Positions 40,285 through 49,867 of a DNA stretch of 64,000 nucleotides are shown piece after piece. Position numbers and translations under genes: made by a program. Location of the stretch: assembly GCA_963832745.1 (NCBI GenBank), contig CAWHVC010000001.1, positions 128,001 through 192,000 of the forward strand, in the 5' to 3' direction. A model generated the notes under the pieces. It was not told where the DNA came from, ran no database searches, and saw only the letters and a list, made by a program, of their open reading frames with translations. The first letter of the stretch is position 1, and every line of letters begins with the position of its first letter. The stretch is from Candidatus Bathyarchaeota archaeon. Its GTDB lineage: Archaea > Thermoproteota > Bathyarchaeia > Bathyarchaeales > Bathycorpusculaceae.

Positions 40285-40689
40285 CTGTTGTTTTTTGTTG
40301 TACTAAGTTTATCAGCTAGTTGGTACGATTAATTTGTTCAACTATTCTTTCATAAAAGTTAGAGGGGGACGTCACCAAAACCCTGCCCTCGGCACCACAC
40401 CATTAATTTGACGTCGGTTAGCGACATTTTACTTGATTGTTATTTACAAAACCTTTTAAAAATAAACTTGGATGGGGCAGCATTAACATTTCTCTTAAAT
40501 ATTAACAGTTAATGTGATTGGCCGTTTGTAGCTAAGTTGTAACAACCTAAAACAGCAAAACTCTATATCAAAAAAGGCTTTTCTTTTTTTAAAAGGAATA
40601 TGATTTTGAAAAAATTAAAAAAGCAATAAATGCAAAAGATTCTCGATAATCCTAACGCGTTAAGAGAGCACAGGTTAAAACCGCCACTT

Positions 40690-41060
40690 TCCAAATCCAC
40701 CAATTCCTATCTTCAACATTCACCACAACATTTGCCATAAAAACAAACCACAACCCAAACAAAACAGTCACTCCCAACATGCCCCTCATCCTCACCCCAT
40801 CCCACACAACATAGCGCCACGTAACAGACAAGGCAAAAAACAACTCCCTCATCCACAACGCAACCCAAAAATCGCCCAAACCAAAAAAACAAGCCGCCAC
40901 CCAAACCCAAAACTGGGACGAGGCACCACCAAAAAACCCATCCTCACAAAAAACAAAAAAAACCACCAAACATCCAACATAACGCCAGAAACAGTAAATA
41001 CACACAAGCCACGCAACAATCTAACTCCAAATACACACAAAAAAAGAAAGAAAAAAGAAG
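40690..41060. repeat. Low-complexity C/A-rich tract
   Basis: Almost only C and A on the + strand; overlapping ORFs are compositional by-products. Confidence 0.6.
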
Positions 41061-41119
41061 TTCAAGGGTAAAGTTACCTTTATTACCTTAAATTATCTAA
41101 CGCTATTTGAGGACTAATT

Positions 41120-41674
41120 ATGCAACTTGACCAATGTATTAAAGGCCGCAGAAGCGTTAGAGCTTACACAGCGGAACCTGTATCTAAAGAGCAAATTGAC
41201 TTAATTTTAGAGGCTGGCGTTTGGGCACCAACCGCAATGCACAGGGAACCCTTAAAATTTGTAGTCATAGAAGACAAAGCGTTAATCAAGTATGTTTCTG
41301 ACGAAACTAAACTGGCTGTTAAACAGAATATGCCTCCTTTAGCTGAAAGGTTCTCAACCCCTGAAGACATTATCTGTTATAATGCCCCTGTACTGGTGCT
41401 TGTCTGCGCTGAAAAGAATCCCCAATGGGCAAACGTGGATTTTATCGATTGCGTTCTAGCCACTGAAAACATGTTCTTAAAAGCTTACGAACTTGGCCTT
41501 GGCACCTGCTACATGGGTTTTGTAAGCCAACTAGCCAGCAAGCTAGATGTGTTAAGTAAAATGGGTGTTCCAGAAAATTGTTCAATGATGGTTCCATTCA
41601 TTTTAGGTCACCCAAAAACGCAGAAAGCCTCAGATAAACGAAACAAACCAGATATCATTAAATGGCTAAAATAA
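41120..41674 (+). CDS. Nitroreductase family protein
   Basis: IKGRRSVRAY, WAPTA, AYELGLGTCYMG. Confidence 0.93.
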   Translation: MQLDQCIKGRRSVRAYTAEPVSKEQIDLILEAGVWAPTAMHREPLKFVVIEDKALIKYVSDETKLAVKQNMPPLAERFSTPEDIICYNAPVLVLVCAEKNPQWANVDFIDCVLATENMFLKAYELGLGTCYMGFVSQLASKLDVLSKMGVPENCSMMVPFILGHPKTQKASDKRNKPDIIKWLK

Positions 41675-41682
41675 CCCTTTTT

Positions 41683-42432
41683 TTAGTTATTAATTTTTCT
41701 TTTCATAATTAACGCCGTTGCTGCAACTCCAAGCATAATTATTGTGGCAGCAATAACACCCGTTGAATAATCGTTTTGATATGGGTCACCTATTATAGCT
41801 TTAGGCGTGTCTGGTGGTCTTGTTGGTATAGGCGTTTGGCTTGGTCTAGGCGTAACTGAAGGCTGAGTTGGTGTTGATGTTTGTGCTGGTGCATGCGTGT
41901 TTGTTGTTGGGGTTGGCGTCTGTATTGATGCTGTCGGTTTTGGGGTTGTTATTGTTGGCGTTTCGGGTGAAGTGGGTGATGGTGTGGTGGAAGGTTCAGG
42001 TGTTGGGGTTGTTGTTGGGCTTGGGGAGGGAGTTGGGGTTGGAGTTGGTGAGGGTGTCGGTGTAGTCGTTGGAGTGGCTGTTGGTTTAGGTGTGACAGTT
42101 GGAGTTGGCGTAGGAGTAGCTGTTGGCTTAGGGGTTGGTGTGGGCGTAGGCGTGGGAGTTGCTGTCGGTTTTGGTGTCGAAGTAGGCGTAGGTGAAGGCG
42201 ATGGTGACGGTGTAGGCGAAGCCTTGGGAGTGACTGTTGGCGTTGCCTGAACAAGTTGTATTGAAAACGATTTGCTGTCCATATTGGCGCCGCTTTGAAC
42301 CTGCGGCTGTCCGTTAGTGACTTCTGATATGCTCGATTGTTGATGTACAGCTAAAGCTAAAAAAGTAAAAACCAGCAGCAACGTTGCTGTTAACAGAAAA
42401 ACTTTCAACTGTGGCTTGTTAGCCAAAAACAT
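41683..42432 (-). CDS. Pro/Thr-rich membrane-anchored surface protein
   Basis: N-terminal signal, long (TP)n stalk, C-terminal TM plus KRK; GGTGA SD. Confidence 0.75.
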   Translation of the reverse strand: MFLANKPQLKVFLLTATLLLVFTFLALAVHQQSSISEVTNGQPQVQSGANMDSKSFSIQLVQATPTVTPKASPTPSPSPSPTPTSTPKPTATPTPTPTPTPKPTATPTPTPTVTPKPTATPTTTPTPSPTPTPTPSPSPTTTPTPEPSTTPSPTSPETPTITTPKPTASIQTPTPTTNTHAPAQTSTPTQPSVTPRPSQTPIPTRPPDTPKAIIGDPYQNDYSTGVIAATIIMLGVAATALIMKRKINN

Positions 42433-42636
42433 TTCACCTTAAAATCATTCTAGTAGTCAAGTTATGAACTGTTGAGAGATTTTGTGTCATAAAAACGGAT
42501 GTGGGCTCACTACTGCTACAACATTGAATAAACAAGAACTTGCCATAGTCTGCGTTTTAGCGTTGTAGCAAAATATGCTGTAGCAGAAGAACGCCAATCT
42601 TTGACAAGTTACAAATAGAGCGGTGCTTAAACTGCA

Positions 42637-42903
42637 TTATGTTGGTTGAACTTCTTGAACTTCAAGTATTGATGCAACCGGCAAATCAATTTTCTCCATA
42701 ACTTCCAGAACCGCATCTTGACTTGCCCCTTCAACAACAAATGCTACTCTTTTTTCGTCAGTGCAGCAATAGCAGGATTTTACAGTAATATCTTTGATTT
42801 TTCCTTCCGTTAACATTTTTGCTACACCTGTTGCGCAGCTTTTAGGGTCTTTTCCAGAACGTAAAATGGCAGAATTAACTATATAGCTTGGCATAAAAAT
42901 CAC
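42637..42903 (-). CDS. Small Cys-containing hypothetical protein (DUF4242-like ferredoxin fold possible)
   Basis: 88 aa, SCYCC..EKRVAFVVEG.S.DAV pattern. Confidence 0.6.
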   Translation of the reverse strand: MIFMPSYIVNSAILRSGKDPKSCATGVAKMLTEGKIKDITVKSCYCCTDEKRVAFVVEGASQDAVLEVMEKIDLPVASILEVQEVQPT

Positions 42904-43106
42904 CTATTTACTAATCTATTGTTAATTAAAACCGATGTTATATAAGTATGCTAAGCTGTTTGCTTGCGGCTTTTTAGCTAATTAATGGCTATATATGAGA
43001 CTTTATGCATTAATACTGTGTTTAACCATTTTTTGAAAAAGGGTGTAACATTGTTTGTATGTTTCCTTTTTTGACTATTTTTTTATGCTGTTAAAGGTGT
43101 TTTTGT

Positions 43107-43568
43107 TTGGTTTACAATGCAGTTGATGGTGAAACTGAAGACGAATTAATGATGGCAATTCAGGTCGAGCTAGACCAAATCGTAAGCAAAGAAGTATGCG
43201 ATGCAGTTTACGAATCTCACAGCAAAGAAGTAAAAGAAAAAAGTACCGAAGAGCTTGATGAAGAATGCAAAACACGCAAAGGTGCAATAATAAGCGTTAT
43301 TTCTTCATCGGTTTGTCTTGAACGATTGTATTTTGTTATTCGTTCATCAGTTATGGGTTTAATAACTGGTTTGTTAACTTACGCGGTAATCAGCATTTTT
43401 AAAATAACCGACTTTTTTGACTTAGTACTTTTAGGAGTTTTCGCTTTTGTTGTATCACTGCTGATTTCACGGTACTTTGACAGTCCCATCGTAAAACTGT
43501 GCAATCTAATCTTGAAATATCTAAACCGTTACGATCGTTTAAGAACATTTATTTTAAGCAGGCTCTGA
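43107..43568 (+). CDS. Hypothetical membrane protein
   Basis: Acidic N-terminus, two C-terminal TM segments. Confidence 0.65.
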   Translation: MVYNAVDGETEDELMMAIQVELDQIVSKEVCDAVYESHSKEVKEKSTEELDEECKTRKGAIISVISSSVCLERLYFVIRSSVMGLITGLLTYAVISIFKITDFFDLVLLGVFAFVVSLLISRYFDSPIVKLCNLILKYLNRYDRLRTFILSRL

Positions 43569-43648
43569 ACCTGTTTCGTTGTTGTTTTGGTGCAGTCACA
43601 TATTATTATAGGCTGCATAATGCCCTACTGTTGGTTAAGGTGATATGT

Positions 43649-43798
43649 TTGAAAGACGCAATATTTACCTGTCCATTCTGCAAACGGTCCAGTTGGCGAA
43701 CTCGGCTTCTGCTTTGGCTACACATGAGAGAATGCATGCAGTCAACTCCAACGGTCAAAATTTATTCATCCAATGAACCGTTAATTGTAACTGTGTAG
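43649..43798 (+). CDS. Putative 49-aa C2HC zinc-finger microprotein
   Basis: AGGTGA SD before TTG; CPFC-x13-H-x3-C. Confidence 0.5.
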   Translation: MKDAIFTCPFCKRSSWRTRLLLWLHMRECMQSTPTVKIYSSNEPLIVTV

Positions 43799-44291
43799 GT
43801 AATTGAAAAGCTGCTTTTCTTTTGTTTTTTGCAGCTTTTTTATATGTTCTTTTTTTGTCATATTATTTTTTCAAACATATTCTTTGCTTTGTAACTTAGA
43901 CAAAACAGGGTTTTTAAGATTTTTAACTGTTCTACAGGTTGAAAAAATATGGTTTTAGATGGGTTTTGTTCCATTTTTTCTTGTCTGCAAGGGTTGACTT
44001 GGCTGGGTTTTGATTGTTTTTGATGGTAAAAACTAGTTGTTTTATGTGTAGGCTGTCTTGAGTCATGGGTTTTTTTAGTTTGTGTTTTTCTGTTGTACAG
44101 TTGCTTTTGGTTGCTCTTTTTGGGTTGAATTCTTGTTTTTTGTGTGTTTTTTGCGTTTGAATGTTCATTTTTCGTATGCTTGGGTTATGTCTTGTTATTG
44201 CTGTATTATGTCTTAACATTTAAATAAAGTATAGTCTGTATAAAGATTCGCTAATCAAACAGGCTGAAAAATAAAAAAGGAGTAGGAGAAA

Positions 44292-44687
44292 ATGGCTAAT
44301 GTGCAAAAAGAAGTTCAAGTAAAACTTGCAAAAGGATTACTTGACCTTATAATACTTCAGTTTTTAAACACCCAGCCAATGCATGGGTATGAAGTGATAA
44401 CTAAAGTGCGAAAAACCTTCGGCGTATATTTTGGTCCAAGCACTGTATATCCCCTCTTATCAACACTGGAAAAGAAAGGTTACATTTCAAGCCAATGGGA
44501 CATGGAAAATGACAGGCCACGAAAAGTATACAGTTTAACCAATGACGGCCACAACATGCTTAATTTCACTGAGAACTCGCTCAACTTAATTTGCCAAAAA
44601 ATGGGTTCATCAATTCCTGCGGTTGAAGCTGGATCGTCAAGTTTTGATAAAAGTAAGGTCATGGCTGCCGAAGCTTTTGCGCCTTAA
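44292..44687 (+). CDS. PadR family transcriptional regulator
   Basis: PMHGYEVI, PSTVYPLL..LEKKG, RPRKVYSLT. Confidence 0.93.
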   Translation: MANVQKEVQVKLAKGLLDLIILQFLNTQPMHGYEVITKVRKTFGVYFGPSTVYPLLSTLEKKGYISSQWDMENDRPRKVYSLTNDGHNMLNFTENSLNLICQKMGSSIPAVEAGSSSFDKSKVMAAEAFAP

Positions 44688-44723
44688 CTTGCCCTTTTCT
44701 GTTTTTGCTTCTGTTTTGTTGGT

Positions 44724-45032
44724 CTATTGGTCTATAACCATTAGAGTTAATGTTGTTTTGATGGTTGAAAGATTTTTGATGCGGCTAAAAATTTGTTCTT
44801 TTAGGTAATCTATGGATTCTCCGCTTACTTTTGCTATTATGTCATATGCCCCTTTGGAAGGATAAACTTCGCTTACCCCTTCTATCCGTCTTATGTCTTC
44901 TATGGCTGAATCGTATGTTTCCGGTTCAGTATTAATAAAAACATATGCATGCCGTTGAGGCTTAATTTTTACTGATTCAATTATTGATGAATTAGCCTCT
45001 ATCTGGTTTTCTTGATAAAAAATAGTTTCCAT
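44724..45032 (-). CDS. Stand-alone Lrp/AsnC ligand-binding (RAM) domain protein
   Basis: AYVFIN..., IEGVSEVY..KGAYDIIAKV, TTLTL. Confidence 0.85.
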   Translation of the reverse strand: METIFYQENQIEANSSIIESVKIKPQRHAYVFINTEPETYDSAIEDIRRIEGVSEVYPSKGAYDIIAKVSGESIDYLKEQIFSRIKNLSTIKTTLTLMVIDQ

Positions 45033-45155
45033 AAAATAGTCACTTCACAACAAAATTATTATTAAAAATATTTCTTTGAATACGCTATTAAAGCTAAGTT
45101 ACTGCATTGCGACTACAACAAATCCATATAACACTTCATTGCCTTGAATTAGAAT

Positions 45156-45322
45156 GCAGCTGGGAAAGCTGGGGCTTGGCGAAACCGGCTTTTTCGAAGG
45201 CACAAAGAAAGCCGCGTAACCGCGTCCATTCGCAAAATAATTTTTTTGCCATCAGGGAGGTAGAAAGAAGGAATGGAGCTTGACTTGTGCTTTCTTGTAA
45301 AGAGCCAAGCCCAACTCAACTG
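45156..45322 (+). ncRNA. Candidate structured ncRNA with pseudoknot (unknown family)
   Basis: Terminal helix, 9-bp, 9-bp, 7-bp and 6-bp stems and a 10-bp loop-distal pairing; CATATAA box at 45125-45131. Confidence 0.55.
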
Positions 45323-45324
45323 TG

Positions 45325-45867
45325 TTATTGTTTTGGTGTTTTGATTTTTATCAGCGAGACTATTTCGTATTTGTCGCCGAGCAGCTTTCTAGGGTCAAGA
45401 TATTCCAGTTCAATTAAAAAGCCTAAGCCGACGACGTTTCCACCAAGTTTTTCGATAAGGTCAATGTTTGCTTTAATTGTTCCACCCGTTGCGAGCAGGT
45501 CGTCAATGAGTAGGACGTTTTGGCCTTTGTTGATTGCGTCTTCTTGGATTTGGATTGTGTCTGCTTCGTATTCTTTTTGGTAAGTGTAGTCTATGCATTT
45601 GAAGGGTAGTTTGCCTTTTTTGCGGATTGGAACGAAACCTGCGCCGAGTTCAATTGCGAGGGGTGCTCCGAAAATGAATCCTCTTGCCTCGTTTGAGACG
45701 ACAAGGTCAATTTTTTTGCCTTCAAAGCGTTCTGCGAGTTGCTTGATTGTTTCTTTGAAGTATGCTGGGTCTTTAAGGATTGGTGCAATGTCCCAGAAGC
45801 ATACTCCTTTAAAGTCTGTGCATCGAAGTTTAGCTCTTATGTCAATATTTTTTTCAGATTTGTTCAT
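45325..45867 (-). CDS. apt: Adenine phosphoribosyltransferase
   Basis: EARGFIFG, IRKKGKLP, VLLIDDLLATGGT. Confidence 0.96.
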   Translation of the reverse strand: MNKSEKNIDIRAKLRCTDFKGVCFWDIAPILKDPAYFKETIKQLAERFEGKKIDLVVSNEARGFIFGAPLAIELGAGFVPIRKKGKLPFKCIDYTYQKEYEADTIQIQEDAINKGQNVLLIDDLLATGGTIKANIDLIEKLGGNVVGLGFLIELEYLDPRKLLGDKYEIVSLIKIKTPKQ

Positions 45868-45884
45868 GATTTTTTTCTCCGTGG

Positions 45885-46685
45885 TTATTCTTTTTGTGCG
45901 AATGCTCCGTCAAGCGCGTGTTTGCAGTTGCATGCTTGCTCTGAGGGTATGGCTTTGACGGTTTCGGCGATGATTTTTTTAACATTTTCAATGTTGGCTG
46001 TCATTACTCTAACGATGTCGCCGATGCATACTGGATGGTCTTTCCAAACGTCGTAATCAGTTACTAATGACATGTTTGCAAAGCAGATTTCGGCTTCTCT
46101 GGCGAGAATGCATTCGGGGACAAGGGTCATGCCAACGATGTCTGCGCCCCATCCGCGGAACATTTTTGATTCTGCTTTTGTGCTGAATCTTGGGCCTTCT
46201 ATGCAGACGTATGTTCCGGTTTCGTGATGTTTAATTTTGAGTTTTTTTGCAACGTCAATTACGATTTTGCGGAGTTCTGGGCATGTGGGTTCAGCGACTC
46301 CGATGTGGCAAACCTTTTTTTCTGCCATTGTGTAAAATGATTGTTCACGTTTTGTGGTTCGGTCAATAAATTGGTCAACAACAACCATGTCTCCCGGCTC
46401 GTATTCTTCACGCAGTGAGCCAACGGTTGAGGATGATAAAATGTGTTTAACTCCCAGGCTTTTTAGAGCCCAAATGTTTGCACGTACAGGGATGTCTGTT
46501 GGCCTAATTGTGTGTTTTTTTCCGTGTCTTGGTAGAAACGCTACGGATTTGCCGCCCAATTCACCGATGGTGATTGCGTCTGAGGGTTTTCCGTATGGTG
46601 TATCTACTGTGACTGACTTTATGTTACTGAAAAGTTTTGGGTCATCAAGACCTGTTCCGCCGATAATTCCAATTTCTGCTTGCAT
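45885..46685 (-). CDS. mtnP: S-methyl-5'-thioadenosine phosphorylase
   Basis: IGIIGGTG, FLPRHG, EGPRFSTKAES, GMT.VPE, VTDYD. Confidence 0.95.
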   Translation of the reverse strand: MQAEIGIIGGTGLDDPKLFSNIKSVTVDTPYGKPSDAITIGELGGKSVAFLPRHGKKHTIRPTDIPVRANIWALKSLGVKHILSSSTVGSLREEYEPGDMVVVDQFIDRTTKREQSFYTMAEKKVCHIGVAEPTCPELRKIVIDVAKKLKIKHHETGTYVCIEGPRFSTKAESKMFRGWGADIVGMTLVPECILAREAEICFANMSLVTDYDVWKDHPVCIGDIVRVMTANIENVKKIIAETVKAIPSEQACNCKHALDGAFAQKE

Positions 46686-46810
46686 AAAAGCCTAACTTGC
46701 CGCTTTATACTTATAAAAATAACGCCTTAACCCTTACTACACATAAACAGGTGCCCCGCCTCTGAAGCTCAACCATTTTAAAAGTGTGTTTGGGTGATGC
46801 TTCTGTATAC

Positions 46811-47002
46811 AAACTACTGGATTTCAACATACTTTTGAGCGGTTTTTCAACCAATAGCACCTACCCCCCTTAGTGATTTGAAGTTTTACCGCAGAAAAGC
46901 GTCAGGTAGAGCCTACCCCTCCAGTTTCCGCCTACTCCCTATAGGTTTTTGCATAGAATTGCTATTTAGATCCTAATATGTTGGTGTGAAAAGTAAAGCA
47001 AC
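46811..47002. repeat. Dispersed CCTACCCCC-rich repeat, copy B
   Basis: Colinear with 8888-9047, with an insertion of about 30 bp carrying an extra CCTACCCC. Confidence 0.75.
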
Positions 47003-47095
47003 TGTTTGTGGGCAAATTTGGTCAGATTTGATTTTTCATTAATTCAGATAAATTTTTAGACAGATTTTTATTGCATACAACTTTACATAACATTT

Positions 47096-48340
47096 ATGGA
47101 CAGGCGAGTTGGATTTTTTGCTTGGATACTTGTTTTTCATTTAGTTTTATTATCCATGGTACTTTTGGAAACAGGTAACGTTTCGGCTTCTTCTGATTAT
47201 TGGGTAACTATCGCTTCAGTCCCAACAAACGCAAGTGAGTCAATCGGTGTTCTCCCAACTTTCGGCAACATTTGGGCTGCATCATTAAATGAGGAAATCT
47301 ACTGTTTTGGAGGAATTAATCAACATCAACGCTCAGGCGGCTACGTGTGGTATGGTATAAGTGAAAAATATAACCTTGAAACTGGTAAATGGACGACAAT
47401 AACGTCGCCTTCAAGTGGCTTCATAGCCTTAGTCACATGTCAAAACAAAATTTATTCCATAGGGGCGCAAACCCAAGTGTATGACCCATCAACAGACGCT
47501 TGGTTAAATAGAACCCAAATGCCCGAGTCACTCCTTAAAGTAAATGCCAATGTAGTGGACGATAAAATCTACGTTATAAGTGGCGCAAAATCTGCTAGCT
47601 TAGGCGGCGTCTACAGTTCAGCAGTTAATCAAGTGTATGATCCCTATTTGGATTCTTGGTCAACTATGGCGTCTATTCCAACTCCTGTCGAAGGCTATGC
47701 CTCAGCGGTTTTAGATGGTAAAATCTACATTATAGGTGGCGCTGCCATGTCCCAGGATTATTCAAATCAGGTTGTAAACCTTGTTCAGGTTTTCGATCCT
47801 AAAACTAACCAATGGACTACTGGAACGCCTCTTCCAACTGGGGTTTATGCGGCAGGTGCATGTGCAACAACAGGGTTATTTGCGTCGGAAAAAATCTATG
47901 TGGCAGGTGGGCACCCTCATTATGTTTCTTGGGTAACATCCGCTATTCTCAGTCCGCATGGAACAACTCTTAATCAGATTTATGACCCTATAACTGGAAA
48001 CTGGTCGCTTGGAGCTTCTATGCCTCAACCAAGATGGCAATGCTCCGTTGTCAACGTTAATGATACGCTTTTGGTTGTGGGCGGAGAAAACGGTCCTGCT
48101 GATTCCTCTTTTTACAATAACCCCGAAAAAGTCGAAAAAATAGTCTTAGAAATCGAAAAATACTTTCCAACTGACTATGAGGGTACCTTATCTCTCACGC
48201 CTACTTTAAGCGCCTCAGCATTACTTCCTGATGAAAATACTTACTCACTTTTCGCTACGATTGCCCTCGCTATTGGCTTCGGCATTATTTTTTGTATTTT
48301 ATTTATACTTAAGAGGACACGGAGAGAATCTAATCGTTGA
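47096..48340 (+). CDS. Kelch-repeat surface protein
   Basis: KIY(V/I)(S/G)G...YDP..D.W repeats, signal peptide, C-terminal TM. Confidence 0.9.
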   Translation: MDRRVGFFAWILVFHLVLLSMVLLETGNVSASSDYWVTIASVPTNASESIGVLPTFGNIWAASLNEEIYCFGGINQHQRSGGYVWYGISEKYNLETGKWTTITSPSSGFIALVTCQNKIYSIGAQTQVYDPSTDAWLNRTQMPESLLKVNANVVDDKIYVISGAKSASLGGVYSSAVNQVYDPYLDSWSTMASIPTPVEGYASAVLDGKIYIIGGAAMSQDYSNQVVNLVQVFDPKTNQWTTGTPLPTGVYAAGACATTGLFASEKIYVAGGHPHYVSWVTSAILSPHGTTLNQIYDPITGNWSLGASMPQPRWQCSVVNVNDTLLVVGGENGPADSSFYNNPEKVEKIVLEIEKYFPTDYEGTLSLTPTLSASALLPDENTYSLFATIALAIGFGIIFCILFILKRTRRESNR

Positions 48341-48452
48341 AGTTGTCAATTAGGGTTTTATTGTTGTAGCTTTCTTCAGATTTTTGAAATGAAAACCTTT
48401 TTTTCGTTTTCTGACGTGATGCAGATTGAGCTTCGTTTATTTTTAGAAGGAG

Positions 48453-48899
48453 GTGATTTTTTTGGGAACCGTCACCAAGAGTATAGAAATTTTTGCTCCA
48501 GCAGACAAGGTCTTTGATTTCGTAATTGACTTTGATAAAATGAATCAGATTCACGAGGGCTACACTAAAGCTACCCCTACATCAACCAATCAGCCTGTGG
48601 GGATTGGTACAACTGCACATTTTGTTAGTCAAACGGGTGGGTCCAAAAGCGAATGGGACATGAAAATTATTGAATTTGAGCGAAACCGAAAACTACGTTG
48701 GCAATTTGTGAAACCTGAAATAGCTAACATACTAACTCTTGAACCAACGGCGAAAGGCACGATGTTAACTCATCAGACCCTTTACGAGCTTCCATATTCT
48801 GTTTTTGGAAAACTGATGGATAAAGTAAAAGTCAACAGTGATGTAAATAAAGAAGTAGAACTTGAACTGGAGAAAACCAAAAAAGCTCTTGAGAGCTAA
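48453..48899 (+). CDS. SRPBCC/polyketide cyclase family protein
   Basis: SIEI.APADKVFDFV.D, IIEFERNRKL.W, LEPT..GT.LT. Confidence 0.85.
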   Translation: MIFLGTVTKSIEIFAPADKVFDFVIDFDKMNQIHEGYTKATPTSTNQPVGIGTTAHFVSQTGGSKSEWDMKIIEFERNRKLRWQFVKPEIANILTLEPTAKGTMLTHQTLYELPYSVFGKLMDKVKVNSDVNKEVELELEKTKKALES

Positions 48900-48919
48900 A
48901 TGCGCTGTTTTTGCTCGTT

Positions 48920-49144
48920 TTATTTTTCAAGTAATACGGGCGCGTCTATTGCAAGTGGTGATTCGGTTGGGTCGTTCGTGATTTTTTGAGGTTCTGTTGA
49001 TTCTGGTTCTAAGAGTATCATTGCGTTTTGTTGTGCAAAAATTTTTATGTTGTCGACTTTGTCCATTAGTTTCATGTATGTTACAAAATAGTCTAAAAAT
49101 TTGGTTGCTTCTTCTTTTTCGAATATTTCAACATTTTCGGTCAT
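48920..49144 (-). CDS. Hypothetical protein
   Basis: 74-aa ATG ORF filling the gap, protein-like composition. Confidence 0.5.
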   Translation of the reverse strand: MTENVEIFEKEEATKFLDYFVTYMKLMDKVDNIKIFAQQNAMILLEPESTEPQKITNDPTESPLAIDAPVLLEK

Positions 49145-49516
49145 GCGTTAAACTTCCTGACGTGTTAATGCTGTCTTATGTAGCAACTGTTAAGTCATAA
49201 CGCTTGCTAATATGCAGGTATATACGTAACAGCTACAAAGAGGCACTCAAAACCCTGCCAGCAAATCCCCAAATAGAAAAAACCAGCAAATCCACCTGCC
49301 AACAACCTCAATTTTTAAACCAACCCCTAAAAAATAAACAGCAAAAACCCAAATTCTACTCGCAAGTTAGCATCACACATGTTAAAACCGCCCCTCTAAA
49401 CATGATGTCTTTTAAGTTTTAAGCAAGAAAAAAGCCTGTTAACCATTTAAAAGAGGCTTAAATTACGCTTTGTTTTCGTTAAATGCTTTTGATGCAATAA
49501 CGCATAATGTAGGCAA

Positions 49517-49867
49517 GTGAGCGAGATGGAGAAAGCCAAAGCCCAGTATACTTCAAAAGCCATTTATGAGTTAAGCGAAAGCTGCGTTGAACTTCATAAG
49601 GCAGTAAATTCAACCACCCAAACAGCTGCGCAAGCTAAAAAGCTGTGGCGTGAAGGCAACAAATCTAACCTAATCAAAATCGGCATGGCATGCATAATGT
49701 TTCCAGACCCTTCACCGGTAGGCGAAATCATTGGTGCAGGCTTTCTGGTGGCGGGTGCAGTGCAAAAGGGCATACAGAAAAGGACCCTTTACGTTAGCGA
49801 CTTAAAGAAGAACCTTAACAGCATTCAAAAAGAGTTACGGGCAACCCAAGATTGCCTTAGGTTCTAA
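49517..49867 (+). CDS. Hypothetical protein
   Basis: 116-aa ORF with helical and hydrophobic PDPSPVG segment. Confidence 0.6.
   Translation: MSEMEKAKAQYTSKAIYELSESCVELHKAVNSTTQTAAQAKKLWREGNKSNLIKIGMACIMFPDPSPVGEIIGAGFLVAGAVQKGIQKRTLYVSDLKKNLNSIQKELRATQDCLRF

Larger units (their letters stand above)
21784..40426. mobile_element. Genomic island at tRNA-Phe, bounded by 49-bp att-like direct repeats, no integrase inside
   Basis: 21784-21832 vs 40378-40426 are 46/49 identical (first 29 nt exact). Internal tRNA 3'-end copies at 34459 and 36452. Confidence 0.85.

Noticed and set aside
41868-42254. Gly/Val-rich and Arg/Gln-rich ORFs overlapping the PT-repeat gene
   Set aside because: Antisense or alternate-frame shadows of low-complexity codons. 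The same applies to the ORFs at 40652-41040, 8447-8893 and 43932-44219.
42514-42586. TGCTACAAC/GTTGTAGCA inverted repeat as a mobile-element end
   Set aside because: Short, with no TSD or transposase; more likely a regulator site or chance.
45156-45322. RNase P RNA, SRP RNA or hammerhead ribozyme
   Set aside because: Lacks the GAGGAAAGUCC-type CR-I, the SRP helix-8 motif and an exact CUGANGA/GAAA core; too short for archaeal SRP RNA.
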